From: an uncultured virus (IMG/VR IMGVR_UViG_3300002242_000758)
Taxonomy: Duplodnaviria > Heunggongvirae > Uroviricota > Caudoviricetes
IMG/VR virus record: IMGVR_UViG_3300002242_000758
Span: 53,284-73,283 of that record
Strand: one strand, 5' to 3'
Length of the DNA stretch: 20,000 nt
The translations under genes and the position numbers were made by a program. Positions 15,489 to 20,000 of this stretch are shown in pieces; the first letter of the stretch is position 1, and the number at the start of each line of letters is the position of its first letter. The notes under the pieces were generated by a model, which saw only the letters and a list, made by a program, of their open reading frames with translations, was not told the DNA's origin and ran no database searches.

Positions 15489-17651
15489 ATGGACGCTATA
15501 AGTGCAATTGTAAAATCTTTAAAAACTAATGTAGTTTTGGATGATTCTGTTAAGGGTGTTGCTGCTGGCCTAGAGGCTAGAGACACTTTTGTTAGACAAA
15601 CTTCTGAAGAAAAAATCAAAGCTTTGAGCGCTTCTATAGAATCAGCTTTGAATGAAGTTACTTTGGATAACGGAATATCTAGCGCAGCTAGTGCTGATGC
15701 AAGTAATATTAAAATCGATGATGCGCAAGTTGCAGCTGCTAAAACTGTAGCGATGTATGCAATAGACCCAGAACAAACACTTAAAAAATTTGCTCAAGGT
15801 AGAAAGCAAATAGAGGTAGGTTCTGAAGATAGAATAGTTGATACTATTAAGTATACTAATAACGTACTAACTGATGAAGAAATTAGAGCTGGTTTTGAGG
15901 CTTTCGATGGACAAGTTTTAGATAATTCTCTATATTTTTCTGTTGCATATAATGCGTTGGCTCTTAAACAAGACCCAGTAGCAGAACTATTCTATCCTGT
16001 AATAGTTATAGATCCTAGCTATGTAGGTGCTACAGTAAAAGCAAAAATTACAAATATCATGCAAGCAGTTAATAGAGATGTATCTGGTAGACCAGTTAAC
16101 TTTAAAAGAGAATCTATTATTAAGAAACTTAATGATACATCACTATTCACATTGGATGCTAATAGACTTTTCCCTGTTTACGATAAAGATTCTGGAGATA
16201 AAGGTGGAAATCTATTAGTAGTAAAAGATGTTAACGGACTAATTAGAGAAGTAGAAGTTATGGATGGTGTTAAAATTAAAACTGCACCATTAGCATCAGG
16301 TAAGAAAATAGATATTCTTGGTATTTCTCAAAACGACGTATTGTTGTCATCTGGTTATATGGATGAAACAGACGCGCTATATGGATCACTAAGTGTTGAA
16401 AAACTATATTTTAAAGTACAAGGTAAAGATAGTGACGGTAATGATGTAACTGACTATATGAGTCTAGCTATTAAGGGGCTACCAGCAGCATTTACATATA
16501 CTCCAACTGGAAGTACTAAAGATATCCAACTCGACTATAAAACATCATCTTTGGCTCTTAGAGCAGGTAATATTGTTAAAGTTGATGGAACACCAACAGA
16601 CATTGCTGATCTAGCTAATCTTCCAACAGGATATACTATTAAGTTAGCGGCAAACATCAAAGGTGACGGTAATGTTCAAGATGGTTATGTAGCTATCTAT
16701 CCAGTTGAATTTAAACTACATAGCGTTCTAGATGCTAGTGGAAACCCACTACCAGAAGATGATGATACCTATAAAAAAGTTAAAAATGTAATTGATACTG
16801 CTAAAATTCTTGGATATGATCTTGAAGCTTATGCAGCTAATAGCAACGCAAGATTCAGAGGCAAACTTTTAACATCTAATAGCTACCAATATGTATATAC
16901 AGTACCTGTAAGAACAAAAATCAGAGAATTAGTACCAGTATTTAATACAGGAGATGATGGTGATACTGCAGGTATAGTTGCTCAAATAGACTTTACAAAA
17001 AGAGCTATGAGTAAATTAGGCTTATCTGAACTTATTAATACTGCTACTGTTTTGGATAATGTTTCTGAAGATACTGAAGATTTTGGTATTAGCACAAAAC
17101 TAGTAAATAAATATTTCTATAAAGGTTCTATAGATTTTACAACATTAGTTAATAGTATTAAATCTTCTGACAGAGAAGCAGATATTGAAGCAGCATTGAG
17201 ACTAACAATTAGAAATGCAGCTATTGATATGTATGTTAAATCTAACTATAACTTTGCATTTGAATCACTATTCCCAGGTGTTAAACCAACAGTTATAATT
17301 GGTACAGATTATAACGTAGGTAGATTCCTAAAAAGTTTTGAAGATGAAATATTTAGATACGTTGTAAAAGTGAGTGGTGATAGTTTAGTAGCTGGAAAGG
17401 TATTTATATCTTTCGGTATCATGGGTGCAGATAGAAATAAACAACCAAACATGTTGAATTTCGGTGCATGCTTCTGGTCTCCTGAAGTAGTTATATCTCT
17501 TCAAAGAACAGAAGGTGGTAAGGCTGCACAAGAAACTATCATTATGCCTAGATTTAAACACCAAACTTTAATGCCTATCCTAACTGTATTTGAAGTTAGT
17601 GGTATTGAAGCAGTTAGTGGAAAAGTAACTGTAGACTTCCATCAAGTTTAA
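15489..17651 (+). CDS. Major capsid protein precursor (phiKZ gp120-like)
   Basis: 720 aa. Motifs EAFDG..L..SL.FSVAYN...KQDPVAELFYP.IVIDP, TAPL..GK.IDILGISQ, LGYDLEAYAANSN.R.RG.L, KPTVIIGTD and C-terminal PRFKH...PIL resemble the phiKZ MCP. Codon usage looks biased (GCT/GTT/GGT). It follows gp118/gp119-like genes. Confidence 0.88.
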   Translation: MDAISAIVKSLKTNVVLDDSVKGVAAGLEARDTFVRQTSEEKIKALSASIESALNEVTLDNGISSAASADASNIKIDDAQVAAAKTVAMYAIDPEQTLKKFAQGRKQIEVGSEDRIVDTIKYTNNVLTDEEIRAGFEAFDGQVLDNSLYFSVAYNALALKQDPVAELFYPVIVIDPSYVGATVKAKITNIMQAVNRDVSGRPVNFKRESIIKKLNDTSLFTLDANRLFPVYDKDSGDKGGNLLVVKDVNGLIREVEVMDGVKIKTAPLASGKKIDILGISQNDVLLSSGYMDETDALYGSLSVEKLYFKVQGKDSDGNDVTDYMSLAIKGLPAAFTYTPTGSTKDIQLDYKTSSLALRAGNIVKVDGTPTDIADLANLPTGYTIKLAANIKGDGNVQDGYVAIYPVEFKLHSVLDASGNPLPEDDDTYKKVKNVIDTAKILGYDLEAYAANSNARFRGKLLTSNSYQYVYTVPVRTKIRELVPVFNTGDDGDTAGIVAQIDFTKRAMSKLGLSELINTATVLDNVSEDTEDFGISTKLVNKYFYKGSIDFTTLVNSIKSSDREADIEAALRLTIRNAAIDMYVKSNYNFAFESLFPGVKPTVIIGTDYNVGRFLKSFEDEIFRYVVKVSGDSLVAGKVFISFGIMGADRNKQPNMLNFGACFWSPEVVISLQRTEGGKAAQETIIMPRFKHQTLMPILTVFEVSGIEAVSGKVTVDFHQV

Positions 17652-17682
17652 CATATAGCATATAGATACTTATAAAAAGATA

Positions 17683-17740
17683 AAAATAAGTACCTACGGC
17701 GCAAGCCAGGGTACTTATTTTATTATATTTTTTCTTTTAT
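17683..17740 (+). terminator. Terminator after the capsid gene
   Basis: AAAATAAGTACC...GGC-GCAA-GCC...GGTACTTATTTT: a long stem capped by a GNRA tetraloop, followed by T-rich sequence. Confidence 0.75.
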
Positions 17741-17781
17741 AACAATTTTTATGAATAACTAAATAAAAAAAAGGATGTAAT

Positions 17782-18414
17782 ATGGCTAGAAGAAATACTA
17801 GAAACGCTAAAGCTAATGCTGAAGTTAAAAAAGATAATGCTACAACTTCTAATAATACAGCTACTAAAAAAGTAGAAGAAGTAAAAGTAAAAAAAGACGT
17901 TGAGTCCGTAACAGAAAATAAGACTGTTAGAAAAAAAGATAAAAAGCAGCCTAAAAAAGTAACATTGAAAGAGCTACTTGAAGCTGGTAAAAATGATACT
18001 GACCTTGCTAGTATAGCTAATAAAATAAGTAGGTTTATAAAGATAGGTATTGAAGAAGATCCTAGTAATGGACCTAAAGTAGTTGGTTTAGCTTATGACC
18101 TTTTTGTAGGTCTAAAAGAGGCTTTATCTACACCTAATTATAATAAATTTAAGAAGAAACTAGATTACATTAATGTTTTATTTTCTAAAGGTAAAGATAG
18201 TGTATTATCTCCAATTGTATTATGCAAGTATGATTTTTATTGGAAGCATGGAACAGATAGTAGAATGAAGTACGCGCAACTTATAGAATTCCTTTCTGCT
18301 ACATCAGATGTTAAAGAAAGAAACAAAAATCTAAAGAGATTTAATATAGATAAGGTACTTAATTTAGTACCTGAAAATAGCAGACAAAATATGATTAGAT
18401 ATTATAATATATAG
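17782..18414 (+). CDS. Conserved jumbo-phage protein (phiKZ gp122-like)
   Basis: K/E/T-rich disordered N-terminus. The C-terminal LIEFLSATSDVKER...LKRFNIDKVL...RQNMIRYY resembles the gp122 family as I recall it. It lies between the MCP and gp123-like genes. Confidence 0.6.
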   Translation: MARRNTRNAKANAEVKKDNATTSNNTATKKVEEVKVKKDVESVTENKTVRKKDKKQPKKVTLKELLEAGKNDTDLASIANKISRFIKIGIEEDPSNGPKVVGLAYDLFVGLKEALSTPNYNKFKKKLDYINVLFSKGKDSVLSPIVLCKYDFYWKHGTDSRMKYAQLIEFLSATSDVKERNKNLKRFNIDKVLNLVPENSRQNMIRYYNI

Positions 18415-18464
18415 CTTATATCCGTGGTGTATACCACGGATATAGGTTGTTTTATTGCTTTTTT
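18414..18464 (+). terminator. Near-perfect palindrome after a stop codon; putative terminator
   Basis: TATATCCGTGGT-GTAT-ACCACGGATATA (12-bp arms, 18417-18444), followed by T-rich sequence. Confidence 0.7.
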
Positions 18465-18485
18465 AATTATATATTATTTATAAGA
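18459..18485 (+). promoter_or_regulatory. Phage promoter motif, copy 4 (degenerate)
   Basis: TTTTTT-AATTATATATT-ATTTATAAGA has the same 11-nt spacing and an 8/10 match to ACTTATATGA. Confidence 0.55.
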
Positions 18486-18532
18486 GAGAGATATGAGAGG
18501 ATTGTTACATAAATATGCAGAAGGAGTTAATA

Positions 18533-19564
18533 ATGGCAAAAGAACCAGAAATAAGAGGTACGATCCTCATAGATAAAGAACAAACCTTTAATGATCCCAT
18601 TTTTAGCGGAGAAGGAGGGTATAGCTCTTTTAATATAAGAGATGATGTACATTATAAAAAACCTAAGATTAAGACTTGGGTTTATACTAACGTAGACAAT
18701 AGATATAATAATACTGTATATTGGGTAAAAATCAACGGTATTCCATTGCCAGCAGAATATACTATTAAGTTACAATATGCCGGTAATTATAAAAAAGGGG
18801 TTTATATCATAATGAGTTTTACTCTACCTCCTGGTGAAGCTCCATTATTAGAGTTACTGAAACCTATTTTTAAAAATAAGATAGAATTTATCCCTATCTC
18901 AGAAAGAGAGAAGATTTATGATATCTTTAATAGATATCTAAATAAAGTAGGTTTTATCGATGATATCAATTTTAGAATAACCTATTTTATTCCTGAAGAG
19001 TATTATAAAGATAATGATGTAGTTAGAATAGGAGATATAGAAACTTCTACTAATATATCTAATCTTTTTAAAGAGGGGGCCTATGGCAAGGATGTAAGTC
19101 TAGATAATTTCATATGTTCAGATGGGCTTTTATTAGAATTAAGACTATTAGGTCCAAAGGATACTTCAGCGGTTATAAATATAGGTGGCGATAGCTATAA
19201 ATTAAACGCTCAAGGAGGTGTTAAAGACAATGCTTTAATTATAAGATCATTTTCTATAGATGAAGAAGGGTTAGCAGAAGTATCTACGAAAAGTGTAGAT
19301 ATCAATACTAACAATCCTTTAGAATTGATTAATGACAGTATCGATGCTGATACTAATAATACTATAAACAAAATGATAGATCATGAGAATAAAGAGATAG
19401 AAAGTCTTATGAAGCTCTATCAGCTTATTTTAGATAAGAAAATAAATCTCACTAAGCTCATGTCTACTGAATATAAAGCTTATATCTCTAGTTTAGGTTT
19501 AACTAAAGCAGAAATAGATATGGTTAAAGATGGATTAAAAAATATGCTTCTATTATTACCATAA
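18533..19564 (+). CDS. Hypothetical protein, 343 aa
   Basis: Start reassigned to ATG 18533 after AAGGAG. Helical C-terminus; no recognisable family. Confidence 0.7.
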   Translation: MAKEPEIRGTILIDKEQTFNDPIFSGEGGYSSFNIRDDVHYKKPKIKTWVYTNVDNRYNNTVYWVKINGIPLPAEYTIKLQYAGNYKKGVYIIMSFTLPPGEAPLLELLKPIFKNKIEFIPISEREKIYDIFNRYLNKVGFIDDINFRITYFIPEEYYKDNDVVRIGDIETSTNISNLFKEGAYGKDVSLDNFICSDGLLLELRLLGPKDTSAVINIGGDSYKLNAQGGVKDNALIIRSFSIDEEGLAEVSTKSVDINTNNPLELINDSIDADTNNTINKMIDHENKEIESLMKLYQLILDKKINLTKLMSTEYKAYISSLGLTKAEIDMVKDGLKNMLLLLP

Positions 19565-19626
19565 TTAAAAAATTATAAAATGCCAGTTATATGAGTGTAT
19601 ACTTAAATTAAAGAAAAGGAGTCGAT

Positions 19627-20000
19627 ATGAACAGTGTATTGAGAAATACCATAGAAAATATTAATAGGGATAGAATTAGCCCTGATATATTAGATGGACT
19701 ATCAAGAGAATTTGCAGATGTTCTACCAGAGTATTTAGACGCTGTTATCAAATCAGCAGTAGCTACACTACCTTCAGATTCTGGATTCGTTTATAATGGT
19801 TGGAGGAGATTAACTCCTAAAGAAGATTTTTATAATAATATAAGATCCAGCATAAATCGTAATATAGTAGATATTGCTCGGAACTCCTTATATAAAATAG
19901 AACTAGGATTTGAGTTTAATGGTGTGGAAATTAAAAGAATCTTAGCATTGCCGTATGTAGATATTGGAGGATTACTAAAACTTTCAGATGCTAATTATGC
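19627..20000 (+). CDS. rpoB: Non-virion RNA polymerase beta subunit, N-terminal half (phiKZ gp123-like), truncated by the window end
   Basis: Not in the ORF track. AAGGAG RBS, then ATG 19627 and an open frame to the end: MNSVLRNTIENINRDRISPDILDGLSREFADVLPEYLDAVIKSAVATLPSDSGFVYNGWRRLTPKEDF...DIARNSLYKIELGFEFNG...LALPYVDIGGLLKLSDANY. This resembles the gp123 N-terminus, and synteny after gp120/gp122 agrees. Confidence 0.75.
   Translation, partial: MNSVLRNTIENINRDRISPDILDGLSREFADVLPEYLDAVIKSAVATLPSDSGFVYNGWRRLTPKEDFYNNIRSSINRNIVDIARNSLYKIELGFEFNGVEIKRILALPYVDIGGLLKLSDANY

Noticed and set aside
17652..17781. tRNA or structured ncRNA after the capsid gene
   Set aside because: There is only one stem-loop with a GCAA loop and T-rich tail, adequately explained as a terminator; no cloverleaf is evident.
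2167..18447. CRISPR array, REP/MITE family or integron attC sites made of the palindromes
   Set aside because: The arm sequences differ from each other, are not regularly spaced and show no shared GTTRRRY ends or target duplications. No cas, transposase or integrase gene is present.
1..20000. Stop-codon reassignment (alternative genetic code)
   Set aside because: Long conserved genes are intact under code 11, coding density is high, and TAA, TAG and TGA all occur at plausible gene ends.

Overview
The window is an AT-rich, almost entirely plus-strand segment of a phiKZ-related jumbo phage genome (Chimalliviridae-like). It carries two conserved core blocks, assigned from motifs plus remembered phiKZ synteny; no database search was run. 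Block 1 holds the 3' end of a gp68-like non-virion RNAP (nvRNAP) specificity subunit, gp69 (PicA/Imp1)-like and gp70-like genes, split nvRNAP beta C-half (gp71-73-like) and beta' C-half (gp74-like), an SF2 helicase (gp75-like) and a gp77-like gene. Block 2 holds a DnaB helicase (gp118-like), a gp119-like gene, the major capsid protein (gp120-like), a gp122-like gene and the start of the nvRNAP beta N-half (gp123-like). Small accessory ORFs lie between the core genes, several encoding membrane proteins and one an FN3/Ig-like protein. Notable non-coding signals are a four-copy fixed-spacing phage promoter motif (T6-N11-ACTTATATGA), near-loopless palindromes on stop codons with displaced T-tracts, and two ambiguous bases exactly at one palindrome centre (possible microinversion). 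An A8 run appears to frameshift the RNAP beta acidic tail. No clearly new multi-gene system can be proven from sequence alone; the best candidates are listed under findings.
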